DNA from: Fidelibacterota bacterium
Lineage (GTDB): Bacteria; Fidelibacterota; UBA8477; JABMPR01
Assembly: GCA_013202495.1 (NCBI GenBank)
Contig: JABMQQ010000067.1
Location: forward strand, 7,143-71,142
DNA length: 64,000 nucleotides
Direction of reading: 5' to 3'
Shown here: positions 45,323 through 54,492 of the stretch, piece by piece
How positions within the stretch are numbered: position 1 is the stretch's first letter
Layout of the letters: every line of letters begins with the position of its first letter
Translations under genes and position numbers: made by a program
Notes under the pieces: generated by a model
What the model was told of the DNA's origin: nothing
Database searches by the model: none
The model's input: only the letters and a program-made list of their open reading frames with translations

Positions 45323-46063
45323 CTATTGAATTATTTGAAAAACAACCCTCACATGCTGTTCTATGGATATTTTTCGAGGGTAAAATCTTGAAATTGCTCC
45401 ATCAGAATCATCCTTAATACTAAAGCTTGAGTTAAATGGAGAAGCATATTGTTCATGAACCATCCTCCGAGAGGCAACCGTCACACCCCCAAGCGCTGAA
45501 CTTTGTGGAATCAATTCCTCAATCCTCGTCACGGGTCCGACTTTAATGGACATTGCTTTCGCCATCTCCTGAGCTTTAGCCTTTGCAGCATCAAGGGCTT
45601 TTTGTCGAGCCTTAGTTTTGGTTTCATTGGCAGCAGAAGAGGAGTATGTAACATTCAAGATGTCTTCGATTTCGTTTCGCCCGAGTTCCAATATGATTGA
45701 TTCAACTTGATTCACAGGCAAATCAGTGATGGTAACAGTGGTTGAAGCTTTGAAATTGTCAGTCCTAGTAAAAGGAGACCCACCCCAATAGTTTTCACCA
45801 CTCTGAAAATCAGAGATGAATACATTCTCAGGTTTGGCTTCATACTTCTTGAGTTTATCGATAGTACCATCCACCCGCTGCTTCATCTTATTGTAGGCGT
45901 CATCAAGTGATTTGCCTGTCTCTGAGACACCAAATACAACGGAAACCTCATCAGCACGAATATCAATGTTGGCGGACCCATAAACTTCAATACTTAGCCT
46001 GTCCAGATCGCCACCAAATAATAACATTGGAATGAGCAATAAAATAAAAGCAAAAATTTTCAT
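45323..46063 (-). CDS. SIMPL (DUF541) domain periplasmic protein
   Basis: Signal peptide, then LSIEVYGSANIDIRADEVSVVFGV...ARQKALDAAKAKAQEMAKAM, typical of the SIMPL family. Confidence 0.75.
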   Translation of the reverse strand: MKIFAFILLLIPMLLFGGDLDRLSIEVYGSANIDIRADEVSVVFGVSETGKSLDDAYNKMKQRVDGTIDKLKKYEAKPENVFISDFQSGENYWGGSPFTRTDNFKASTTVTITDLPVNQVESIILELGRNEIEDILNVTYSSSAANETKTKARQKALDAAKAKAQEMAKAMSIKVGPVTRIEELIPQSSALGGVTVASRRMVHEQYASPFNSSFSIKDDSDGAISRFYPRKISIEQHVRVVFQIIQ

Positions 46064-46120
46064 GGTTCCCTCATTTCTAAAAATGTGCCTTATTTATCAG
46101 CCAGTTTGAGCGCAGACGTA

Positions 46121-46155
46121 TCCCCCTAGGCGGGAGTAGACTGGCCTTTGTTGTA
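46121..46155. repeat. stop-proximal intergenic element with weak GC hairpin
   Basis: tccccctaggcgggagtagactggcctttgttgta. It ends 11 nt from the stop of the BNR gene. Confidence 0.6.
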
Positions 46156-46166
46156 GGGGCACAATA

Positions 46167-48320
46167 TTACTTTAACACGACGACTTTCTTCGATTCAGTC
46201 CACTGACCCGAAACCAATTGAACAATGTAGACACCTGAGCTAACCACTACTCCACCCTGGTTCGTACCGTTCCATGAGAGGGTATATTCTCCTGAATATT
46301 GCTGGGTAATCTCACGGCTCCAGACTTGCCTCCCAACCAGGTCATAAACAGTTATTATCAAATCTGCCTGTTTAGGAATTGAATACTTTATGTATGTGGA
46401 TGGGTTTAGTGGATTTGGATAGCAAGCGATTAAAGAAGGCTTGAGTTCTTGCCCTCCTCCGTATTTAGTTTCGATACCTTGTGGCAAAGTAGAACGGTAA
46501 ATTCCAAGTGAATCAAATCCTAAATACAGATAACCTTCAGTATCAATCACCATGGTTAAAAGATCTTCCCCGCTCTCTGGTAAGTTCACATTTTGAGGAA
46601 GCCATGATTGACCAAGATCATTCGATCGATATACACCTGCGGTAGTAGACATATACAGATACTCACCTCCATCACTCAGTATCGTATTGATTAATTCACT
46701 ATCCACGTGGGAGTTTTCCCAACTTTCACCATCATTATAGGATATATCCAGACGGCTGCTGTCGGTAAAAGAACCTACATAGATATTGTCGGAATTGTCG
46801 ATGAAAAGTGTAGTGATCTGATCACCTGCCATGGAAAGAGTCCAACTAATCCCACTATCGTTTGATCTGCCGAGACCCAGGTCGGTTGCCAGGAAAAGGT
46901 CGCCCATGCTATTAGATGTTACCAAGCCTGCCTCCATTCGAGATATCTCTAAGATAGGCTCCCAAGAACTTGTTCCTATTGGGGCTCGTTCCAGTCTATC
47001 TCTAAAACTCAAGTATAAATAACCATCGCCTGGATCAGAAACTGCACGAAGATTGTAATCAGAATACTCATATTGCCAATTTGGATGGTCATCTGTCAAG
47101 CCGATAAGTTTGTCATCACTAAAATCATAATCCTGGTATAGGTATGATTCTTGGGAGGTTGCATAAATGTCACCATTCGGCAGGGTTATCATCGAAGTTA
47201 TATCTGTGTGTGTGCTTATTGTCGACCACGAGTTCCCTGCGTCATCTGACAGAAATATTCCACAGCGGTCATCCAGTCTGCGGGTTTTAGCACCTGCCAG
47301 GAGATGGCCATTTTCAGTGATGCACAGACTTTGTATCGAGTTCGTACCTAATCCTGCCTGCAGCCAGCTATCACCATCATCGACGGATCTGATGATTCCA
47401 CCTCCTCGCGTCCCGGCCAGCAAAGTTCCCTCTGGTGTTTCCTGTAGGCAGAGTATCAAGCCATTGGTTTGCCCAGTAAGAGTCCACGAGCTACCCTGAT
47501 CATCTGATTTGTGAATACCGAAGCCAGGTTGATTGCTATTTTGATATCCACCACCACCCACAAGTATTTCATCATTGGAAGTCACTAGTATAGAAGCCCT
47601 AACCCCCCAGGGATCAGTCACATAAATTTCTTCCCAAGTTTCACAATCATCCAACGATCTGAGCATAGCCCCATTCCAGGAGCTCACAAATATGCCTCCA
47701 GCGCTATCCATATCAATCCCGCTTAAAGCGTAGAAAAGATCTGACACATATTCCCAGGTATTTCCATTATCGTTGGATCTGAAGACTCCTATATCCATTC
47801 CAATAAAGTAAACGATCTGTGAAGGATCGACCCACACCATGCCTGATCTCGGGTAGAAGTAAAGATCGATATTAAAATCATGCATGAGCTGGAAGTTATC
47901 ATCGGGATAGGTAGATCGATACAGCATGCCATCCCAGGTCGCAGCAAACACATCACCTGCTGCATTGATGTCCACAGACTCAATATCCAACCAATCAAGA
48001 GCTATTCTTTGAAAAGACTCGCCCTGGTCAACTGATCTGAAGACCCCATAATATCCCCCGGCATAGATAGAACTATCAGGATGAATAGCCAAATCATTCA
48101 AGGAGGGATATGTTGAGGCTGTAGACCAGGACACTCCATCATCGTATGAACGATGAAACCCTCTCTGTGTGCTTGCTATTATGAACCCCTCAGGATGGAC
48201 TTCAATATCGTATACATAGCCATAACCTGGTCCTGCGACTGGTTGCCAGGCTATATCAGCTCGGAGTTCGATAGGAACAAATTGAACTATTACCAGAAAG
48301 AGCGCTAGTAAATTTATCAT
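46167..48320 (-). CDS. BNR/Asp-box repeat (sortilin/Ycf48-like propeller) protein with T9SS C-terminal domain
   Basis: About 10 SxDxGxSW-type boxes (SYDDGVSWS, SNDNGNTWE, SDDQGSSWT, SVDDGDSWL and others). The C-terminus is YPNPLNPSTYIKY...VVVLK. Confidence 0.8.
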   Translation of the reverse strand: MINLLALFLVIVQFVPIELRADIAWQPVAGPGYGYVYDIEVHPEGFIIASTQRGFHRSYDDGVSWSTASTYPSLNDLAIHPDSSIYAGGYYGVFRSVDQGESFQRIALDWLDIESVDINAAGDVFAATWDGMLYRSTYPDDNFQLMHDFNIDLYFYPRSGMVWVDPSQIVYFIGMDIGVFRSNDNGNTWEYVSDLFYALSGIDMDSAGGIFVSSWNGAMLRSLDDCETWEEIYVTDPWGVRASILVTSNDEILVGGGGYQNSNQPGFGIHKSDDQGSSWTLTGQTNGLILCLQETPEGTLLAGTRGGGIIRSVDDGDSWLQAGLGTNSIQSLCITENGHLLAGAKTRRLDDRCGIFLSDDAGNSWSTISTHTDITSMITLPNGDIYATSQESYLYQDYDFSDDKLIGLTDDHPNWQYEYSDYNLRAVSDPGDGYLYLSFRDRLERAPIGTSSWEPILEISRMEAGLVTSNSMGDLFLATDLGLGRSNDSGISWTLSMAGDQITTLFIDNSDNIYVGSFTDSSRLDISYNDGESWENSHVDSELINTILSDGGEYLYMSTTAGVYRSNDLGQSWLPQNVNLPESGEDLLTMVIDTEGYLYLGFDSLGIYRSTLPQGIETKYGGGQELKPSLIACYPNPLNPSTYIKYSIPKQADLIITVYDLVGRQVWSREITQQYSGEYTLSWNGTNQGGVVVSSGVYIVQLVSGQWTESKKVVVLK

Positions 48321-48490
48321 TTTGTATACCCCATATTATTGTTACGAATCATTGGCCTAATTTTTTATCACCTGATTTGATTAGGAAGGTATTGTAAAGA
48401 TAATGTGTGATTTTCATGTTTGAATCCCCCTCAATGCTCATTTTAACGATATTGGTTACTTCTACACCCATAAAATTAGTGTCGGTTCTG

Positions 48491-49531
48491 TCACGTGACC
48501 CATTTCGCTTTGGAATGAAATTCGTCGAGATTGGCTGCCCCTGCATAGCTGAAGGCACTGCAGAGACCATCATTGATATCTTTGATGGCATACTTGACGG
48601 CGCCTTTGTATGGAATCTCCATACTCACCCCTTCAGTATGTTTCCCGCTATTGCCGGTGTTTAGTTTGGACTCAAAGGAAGCGCTGCCCATATAGCTTTT
48701 GTAGAAGGTTTCGTTGGGGTAATTCCCTCTTCTTAATTTTGGTCCAGGGCTCTCTTTGGTACCGGCAAACAGACTTCCCGTCATAATGGCGTCTGCTCCA
48801 GCTGCCAGGGCTTTGGCAATATCTCCAACCGAGGCAATCCCACCGTCAGCAATTATTTTGACTCCCAATTCAGCTTTCAATTGGGCACATGTGAGAATGG
48901 CAGAGAACTGGGGAATGCCATAGCCCGTCATGATTCTGGTTGTACAGGCCGAACCAGGTCCAATACCAACTTTAATAATATCAGCACCCCAGGCAGACAA
49001 AGCTTTCACAGCTTCTGGGGTACAGACATTTCCGGCAATAATATCGACTTGTTCATCCAGCTGATGTTTGTGAATCCACGCCTTCACATGACCAATCTGT
49101 TCTTTCATTTTTACATGATGACCATGGGCAATGTCTATGGTGATACTTCTTAGATAGCCTTTTCTGTCGGCCTGCTCAAAAGGCTTTAACAGATTAAGAT
49201 CATTGACACCCACAGAAATATCAAGGGGACATTGTTCTGAAACGATACTCTCACAATCATTATGATATTCATCTGGAGTTTGGTGAAATCTGTGCAGAAT
49301 TGCCATGGCCCCCAGTTTATGCAAATTGACCACCATCTGTGATCCGGTGACGGTTTTCATGTTGGCAGCAATGACTGGCATGGCAAGGGTATGGAATTGG
49401 GGATGTTTGAACAGCTTTACAGACAAATTCACATGACTCCGGCTTTCCAGTTCGGAGTAAGATGGCGTGAGATATACATCGCTATAATCAAGTGATTTCA
49501 TAAGATTCTCCCGGGATATTAAACACATCAA
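48491..49531 (-). CDS. guaC: GMP reductase (IMPDH/GMPR family)
   Basis: 346 aa, no CBS insert, VGIGPGSACTTR and ADGGI motifs. The start may be the internal MKSLDYS. Confidence 0.8.
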   Translation of the reverse strand: MMCLISRENLMKSLDYSDVYLTPSYSELESRSHVNLSVKLFKHPQFHTLAMPVIAANMKTVTGSQMVVNLHKLGAMAILHRFHQTPDEYHNDCESIVSEQCPLDISVGVNDLNLLKPFEQADRKGYLRSITIDIAHGHHVKMKEQIGHVKAWIHKHQLDEQVDIIAGNVCTPEAVKALSAWGADIIKVGIGPGSACTTRIMTGYGIPQFSAILTCAQLKAELGVKIIADGGIASVGDIAKALAAGADAIMTGSLFAGTKESPGPKLRRGNYPNETFYKSYMGSASFESKLNTGNSGKHTEGVSMEIPYKGAVKYAIKDINDGLCSAFSYAGAANLDEFHSKAKWVT

Positions 49532-49602
49532 CTTGAATGAATATTAACTGTATAAGAACACTGTGCAAGTGCGTAGATAGGTCTTTACTAGAACACCAAA
49601 AT

Positions 49603-50997
49603 TTACAATACATACTTAAGTGTCAGGGATGGTCGAATTGTATTCACAAAAGCTTCTAGAAGTAAGTTTTTGGTAAACGGATAAGAAGCCAGAAGCGAAA
49701 TATGAATGTTTGTATCCTTTTCAGAATATCCTTGAGTAATGGGACCTGTCAATCCCCGATCAATTTCATAATACATCGAGGTATGATACTTACGATACAC
49801 AACATATTCACCATCATAAACGAAATCATAAGACAAGTGTTCATATTGGAGTATAATTCCTCCCGCCAGCTGCATCCCATTCGACAATAAATACAAGGGT
49901 GTAGTAACATTTAGCGTCAAATCAAAGTATTTGATATTCTCCGTTTGAAACACCTCGTAGAGATACTCCTCTTTTCTAAAGCTATATGTACCGGTTGAAT
50001 AGATGCTCGTATTATCGCCATCTCTCTTACGAGTTTGATTTATCAACGGGATATTGGACGAAAGGTCAAAATTGATGCCTGAGAACGGTCCCTTCCATTG
50101 GGAAAACCTCAGGGCAAATCCCAGACCCACATGGATCGATGGGCGTTTTATGGCATCGGTTCTCTGTCTGTCCATCATCATGTTGGGTATGGATGCATCA
50201 TAGCTTAAATCGAGACTGCTTGAGGTGGGAAAAGCACCTAAAGAGATCTGAAAATCGTGTTTCTGAATATAGGACTCCTTGGTATACTCGATCAACAAAT
50301 CCACGATACTGAACTGGAACGATTCGAGGATTGAATTACCATTGAAGTCAAAAAGATACCAATAGTTCAAAGCAGAAAACAAAACCTCAGGAGAAGGTGG
50401 TCTTTTGCCAGATTCAAGATGAACAATAATGTCAAAATATTGGGATAGCTCTTTCATCTCTATGTCAGCTCTCAGGGAAGCATAATCTTCATCAGGATTG
50501 AACTGTATTTCTTTTTCCGGCGAATAGTAAGCACATGCAAAAAAATCCTGAAGATTTAAATCAAGATCAAATGAATCACAGGAATCCTTCGATTCCTTCA
50601 CTTCCATATTGATTAATTTTTGTGAGATTTGGCTTTGAAGTTTATTATGAACATAGTTCGCCTCAAAATGGTTGTCTGTAAGTGTTCGGATTCTTTCCAC
50701 CCACTGATTTCGTTTAGAATAACTCTCGATTTTCAATTTGTTCAAGGTACACTGAATAGCTGACGCGGTGTCTTTACTGTCAGCCACACTGTATTGATTG
50801 TTTAATTGTCTAATGTACAGGTAAATAATATCTGGATTGATCATTCCGTATGTATCTATGAGTTGGAGTACCGCTTCCTTTTTATCTGGATCTTCTAAAA
50901 TAGTCTCCGGGAGATAATCCTCAAAAGCGCTTCCATTTGCGATCGAGATTGATGCAAGAAGTAATGTCACGAGTGAAACAGAATTTTTCAAAAACAA
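49603..50997 (-). CDS. secreted protein of unknown function, paralog of 16406-17803
   Basis: Signal peptide. For the shared blocks, see the feature at 16406-17803. Confidence 0.6.
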   Translation of the reverse strand: MFLKNSVSLVTLLLASISIANGSAFEDYLPETILEDPDKKEAVLQLIDTYGMINPDIIYLYIRQLNNQYSVADSKDTASAIQCTLNKLKIESYSKRNQWVERIRTLTDNHFEANYVHNKLQSQISQKLINMEVKESKDSCDSFDLDLNLQDFFACAYYSPEKEIQFNPDEDYASLRADIEMKELSQYFDIIVHLESGKRPPSPEVLFSALNYWYLFDFNGNSILESFQFSIVDLLIEYTKESYIQKHDFQISLGAFPTSSSLDLSYDASIPNMMMDRQRTDAIKRPSIHVGLGFALRFSQWKGPFSGINFDLSSNIPLINQTRKRDGDNTSIYSTGTYSFRKEEYLYEVFQTENIKYFDLTLNVTTPLYLLSNGMQLAGGIILQYEHLSYDFVYDGEYVVYRKYHTSMYYEIDRGLTGPITQGYSEKDTNIHISLLASYPFTKNLLLEAFVNTIRPSLTLKYVL

Positions 50998-51009
50998 GTC
51001 ATGTTCTCC

Positions 51010-51531
51010 TTAGAAAAATAATGTGGCGTATAGACTGGTTCCTGTATTGATCAATAGCTTGTCAGGATATCCTAAACGAAATGAGTTTTTGTCAGGTTTA
51101 ACAATATTTACCTGTGCCGAAATTCCGATAGCAAAACTAGAATCAAAATTCTTTTCAACGCCTACTTGGGGACTTACAAGCAGGTCTGTCTGTGTCTCGT
51201 ATGATGTTGGAAACACAGAGTCTACGTCAGACTTAGATTTCATCATGGCCAATCCTAACCCGACATATTTAGAGATAGAGGACTTGACTTGATATGACCG
51301 CATGACGAACCCCAGTGAAACATCTGACCCGATATCTTCCACTGAAGCAAATCCAAATGCAGGTGCAATTGAGAACGTATTCCCAAAGTAGATTGGCAAT
51401 ATGATATCCAGGTGAGGGTTGGTTAGGCTTGCGGTTAGTCCAACACGAACGTTTGAAGTCTCCTTCACCTCATCTTGAGCAACTACGAACACCGAAACAA
51501 GAACGACGACATACACCCATTTAACCTTCAC
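51010..51531 (-). CDS. small outer-membrane beta-barrel protein
   Basis: Signal peptide, 173 aa, alternating pattern and a terminal ...LYATLFF. Confidence 0.55.
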   Translation of the reverse strand: MKVKWVYVVVLVSVFVVAQDEVKETSNVRVGLTASLTNPHLDIILPIYFGNTFSIAPAFGFASVEDIGSDVSLGFVMRSYQVKSSISKYVGLGLAMMKSKSDVDSVFPTSYETQTDLLVSPQVGVEKNFDSSFAIGISAQVNIVKPDKNSFRLGYPDKLLINTGTSLYATLFF

Positions 51532-52105
51532 GTGACACCCCTATAATTTCAAAGTTGTTGGCAAAATCCTGCCATAATACGTTACCATTTATAGAAACAA
51601 ATATTCTGTAAATTCCCCGAGGTAATGGTTCCCCTGCGTCATTTAAGCCATCCCATGGATATGAGTAATATCCAGCTCGAACTGTGTCTGCTTCCCAAAT
51701 AGTCCTCACTACCGGGCATTGAACCTGAAAGAGTTCGCTTGAAATGCTGGATACGGTGGACTCATACTCCTCACCAGGCGCCAGCGCTTTGGCAGCCCAC
51801 ATTTTCCCGTTTAACTGTAATTCAGCCAACGAGAAGGAAATGATCACGCTACTTGTGCTGGGATTTGGGTACAAAGAGGATAACCTGAAGTAGCTACCTG
51901 GAATGTCACCTCGTGTTATCTCCTGGTTTCCATCAGGATTTCCCCAAGCCCCCAAATGGTATCCATTGGGATCGGTGATCACAATCCCAGGACTGACATA
52001 TATATCAGAGATTGAACTTATGGGTGCTTGAGTAATGTTTTCATCGGAACATCCTAGAATGGAAATAATAAATACTAGAAACCATGATATCTGCCACACT
52101 TTCAT
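51521..52105 (-). CDS. lipoprotein with FlgD-Ig/T9SS-CTD-like fold motifs
   Basis: Lipobox ILGC, LYPNPSTSSVIISFSL and YSYPWDGLNDAGEPLPRGIYRIFV. Confidence 0.55.
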   Translation of the reverse strand: MKVWQISWFLVFIISILGCSDENITQAPISSISDIYVSPGIVITDPNGYHLGAWGNPDGNQEITRGDIPGSYFRLSSLYPNPSTSSVIISFSLAELQLNGKMWAAKALAPGEEYESTVSSISSELFQVQCPVVRTIWEADTVRAGYYSYPWDGLNDAGEPLPRGIYRIFVSINGNVLWQDFANNFEIIGVSREG

Positions 52106-52143
52106 TGGGTCACCTTATACTTTTCATGTCATGTAAGTTCATA

Positions 52144-53292
52144 TCATTTTGTATACTCAAGAGAAACCGAAAGCACATCTCTGTCATATTGTGCGTCTCT
52201 CTTGAAAACTTTCCCCGTCCCAGAGAGAGCTAGGTTGAAATGTTCGTTAACACTGTATGAAGCACTTAGGATGGGATAGACGCTTCTGTATCTAAAGTCA
52301 TCATTAAAATGTAGATTTTCACCATTCGTATATTCAGGATAATTGAAAGACAACAGGCCGAACCCGATAAGTATATTCGGGTTCATCTTGAAATGAGCTA
52401 CACCCGAATAGTTGAGGACTTCTATCTCGTTGGATTGGTATCCTTCCCACACAGAATGATCAATGCTTACATCCAGATCAAGCTTATTTGAAATTTTTAA
52501 TAAGAACCCTGCACTTAGTTGAGGGTGTTGAGTCGCCTGGTAAACATATCCAGGGAAATCCCAAAGGATAGCTGGCAAGTCGTCACCCTTGAAAAACAAT
52601 TCCTCAAAGCCCAAATTGTAGAACAGCCCTATTACAAATATGTCCTTGAAATTAAAGGTGGTACCGAAACTACCACTATTCACCTCGTGTGAAGCATGGA
52701 TTTCATCTTCCCAGACTTTTCTATATACGAAGATCTGATTATTCGACACGCTCACTCCAATGCTTAGTGATGAGTTCAATCTACTAAGGGCTAATTTTTT
52801 CCCAATTATTATAGAATACTGATCCTGGTGTGTCATTTCTAGAATATTGAAAGAATTACCGGTTCCCTCAGGCTCTACAAGCGTAGTGATCTCAATATCA
52901 TCATCAATTTTTAGCTGGTAGGCATTATTATAGCCAATGCCAAAATGAAATCCTTCAAACTTGAAACTGGCAGCAAAGGACCGTGGTACCGTTCTGAAAT
53001 CCCGGTATATAAGTTTTCCATTAGAAAAAATTAATTCACTAGGTGATCTAAGCATATAGCTGAGTCCAACAGTCAGCAATTCATAGTTCGTGACTGCTGC
53101 CGGATTGGATTGCACTATAGATGAAATAGGTGGTTTGACTACCGGGGAGAAAGCATTGGTGGTATAGAGACGCATATACCTTGCCGACCAATTTCCTAAA
53201 ACTTCATTAGGTGCTAGGTTCCTTTTGTTTTGCCCTATAACGCTACTACAAACAAGAAGAATCATCAAAGCACGCATTCGAAAACTAGTCAT
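52144..53292 (-). CDS. outer-membrane beta-barrel-like protein, unknown function
   Basis: Signal peptide, 382 aa, beta-rich. An NPAA motif near the N-terminus is vaguely PorP/SprF-like, which is speculative. Confidence 0.5.
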   Translation of the reverse strand: MTSFRMRALMILLVCSSVIGQNKRNLAPNEVLGNWSARYMRLYTTNAFSPVVKPPISSIVQSNPAAVTNYELLTVGLSYMLRSPSELIFSNGKLIYRDFRTVPRSFAASFKFEGFHFGIGYNNAYQLKIDDDIEITTLVEPEGTGNSFNILEMTHQDQYSIIIGKKLALSRLNSSLSIGVSVSNNQIFVYRKVWEDEIHASHEVNSGSFGTTFNFKDIFVIGLFYNLGFEELFFKGDDLPAILWDFPGYVYQATQHPQLSAGFLLKISNKLDLDVSIDHSVWEGYQSNEIEVLNYSGVAHFKMNPNILIGFGLLSFNYPEYTNGENLHFNDDFRYRSVYPILSASYSVNEHFNLALSGTGKVFKRDAQYDRDVLSVSLEYTK

Positions 53293-53339
53293 CCATTAAT
53301 CCATATCATTTTCCACTCCCCCTTGAGTATCAGTTCAAT

Positions 53340-53354
53340 CCCCGCTAAGCGGGG
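53340..53354 (-). terminator. GC hairpin CCCCGC-tta-GCGGGG (terminator candidate)
   Basis: 6-bp GC stem. The same hairpin occurs at 63568-63582. The U-tract is poor. Confidence 0.35.
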
Positions 53355-53403
53355 TAAATTTGTCTGTCGTGTTCTGAAAGAACGTAGACCACGATTCCCC
53401 TCC

Positions 53404-53670
53404 TTAGCCTCCTGACCCTTCTAATTCTTCAACTCTCACATAGAGGGACCTCAGAGCATGCACAAACATGAGCTGAAAGCCGACAATAAAAAGTACATAG
53501 CTCCAACTTTCAAGGAGGTTGTTTTCTGTGAGATTGGTCAGTAACGACATCGTAAATAGGGGTAGGCCTAGAAGCGTGATTATGTATCGCAAATTTGTCC
53601 CTACCATCGTTCCAGCCCATCCGATTGGGTTGGTAAAAATATTCGCGACTAACATTGGTTTATTTTTCAT
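53404..53670 (-). CDS. hypothetical small membrane protein
   Basis: 88 aa with two to three hydrophobic helices. Confidence 0.4.
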   Translation of the reverse strand: MKNKPMLVANIFTNPIGWAGTMVGTNLRYIITLLGLPLFTMSLLTNLTENNLLESWSYVLFIVGFQLMFVHALRSLYVRVEELEGSGG

Positions 53671-53730
53671 AATCTACCTTTCTAATGAACTCAGTATGAG
53701 CGTAGATGGGCTCAAACCCCGCTGAATGCT

Positions 53731-54306
53731 TCAAAGAATGAACCGTAAAATAAAATTCAACTTTAGCTCTCTTTTTTGTTCGCTGGATGGCGTTCTGTTC
53801 GAATCCCCCACATTAAAAGCCTTCCAGCGCAATTGATAAATTGACTCTGCCCCGATACTAAAATGAGGTGAGAAGAAATACTCACCGCCAAGCGTCGGAC
53901 CGATGAACTGCATCTCGTTTTTTGAGTTTTTATCCTGCGCCTCGGGTTCATTCCACTCAGTTATATATTTTGTCATCCCGAAGCCACCACGTAAGCCATA
54001 GTAGAGGACAGTCTTCATGTAGTTCTTCTTGGCAAAAACCCCGACCCCGATGATGGTTTCACTACTGGATCTGTCTGAATAACCCTCAAGTGAATTATTG
54101 ATATATACATGGTAAAATGAAGGCTCGATCATGAAACTCCCAAAATCAATGGGGATGAAAAAGTGCGGATAGCTGTATCTATAGCCAGTCAATTCAGAAA
54201 GGTCATGAAGTGCTGCACCAAAGCCCAAATGAACCTTTTTATCATCCATGTATTTTGTTTGTCCGAAACTTGAAACGGATAGCATGATCAACAACAGTAA
54301 GCGCAT
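53731..54306 (-). CDS. small outer-membrane beta-barrel protein
   Basis: Start set at ATG 54306 (MRLLLLIMLSVSSFGQ signal peptide, G-rich RBS upstream). Terminal ...NFILRFIL. Confidence 0.55.
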   Translation of the reverse strand: MRLLLLIMLSVSSFGQTKYMDDKKVHLGFGAALHDLSELTGYRYSYPHFFIPIDFGSFMIEPSFYHVYINNSLEGYSDRSSSETIIGVGVFAKKNYMKTVLYYGLRGGFGMTKYITEWNEPEAQDKNSKNEMQFIGPTLGGEYFFSPHFSIGAESIYQLRWKAFNVGDSNRTPSSEQKRELKLNFILRFIL

Positions 54307-54492
54307 TGCTCCCCCCTTTCCTTCTTCGTACAGTTTGATCGACATTGAGTTCCCCTGTTTTAAAAAGGCTTTCTAACGCTCCAAGTTGTTCTACTCAAAA
54401 GGATAACTTTTAATGGCTGTCACGTTAAAGGTATCACTTTTAACGGCTTCTCCACATCAAACCTGGGTCTTCAGCTCAACGATCACTTCAGC

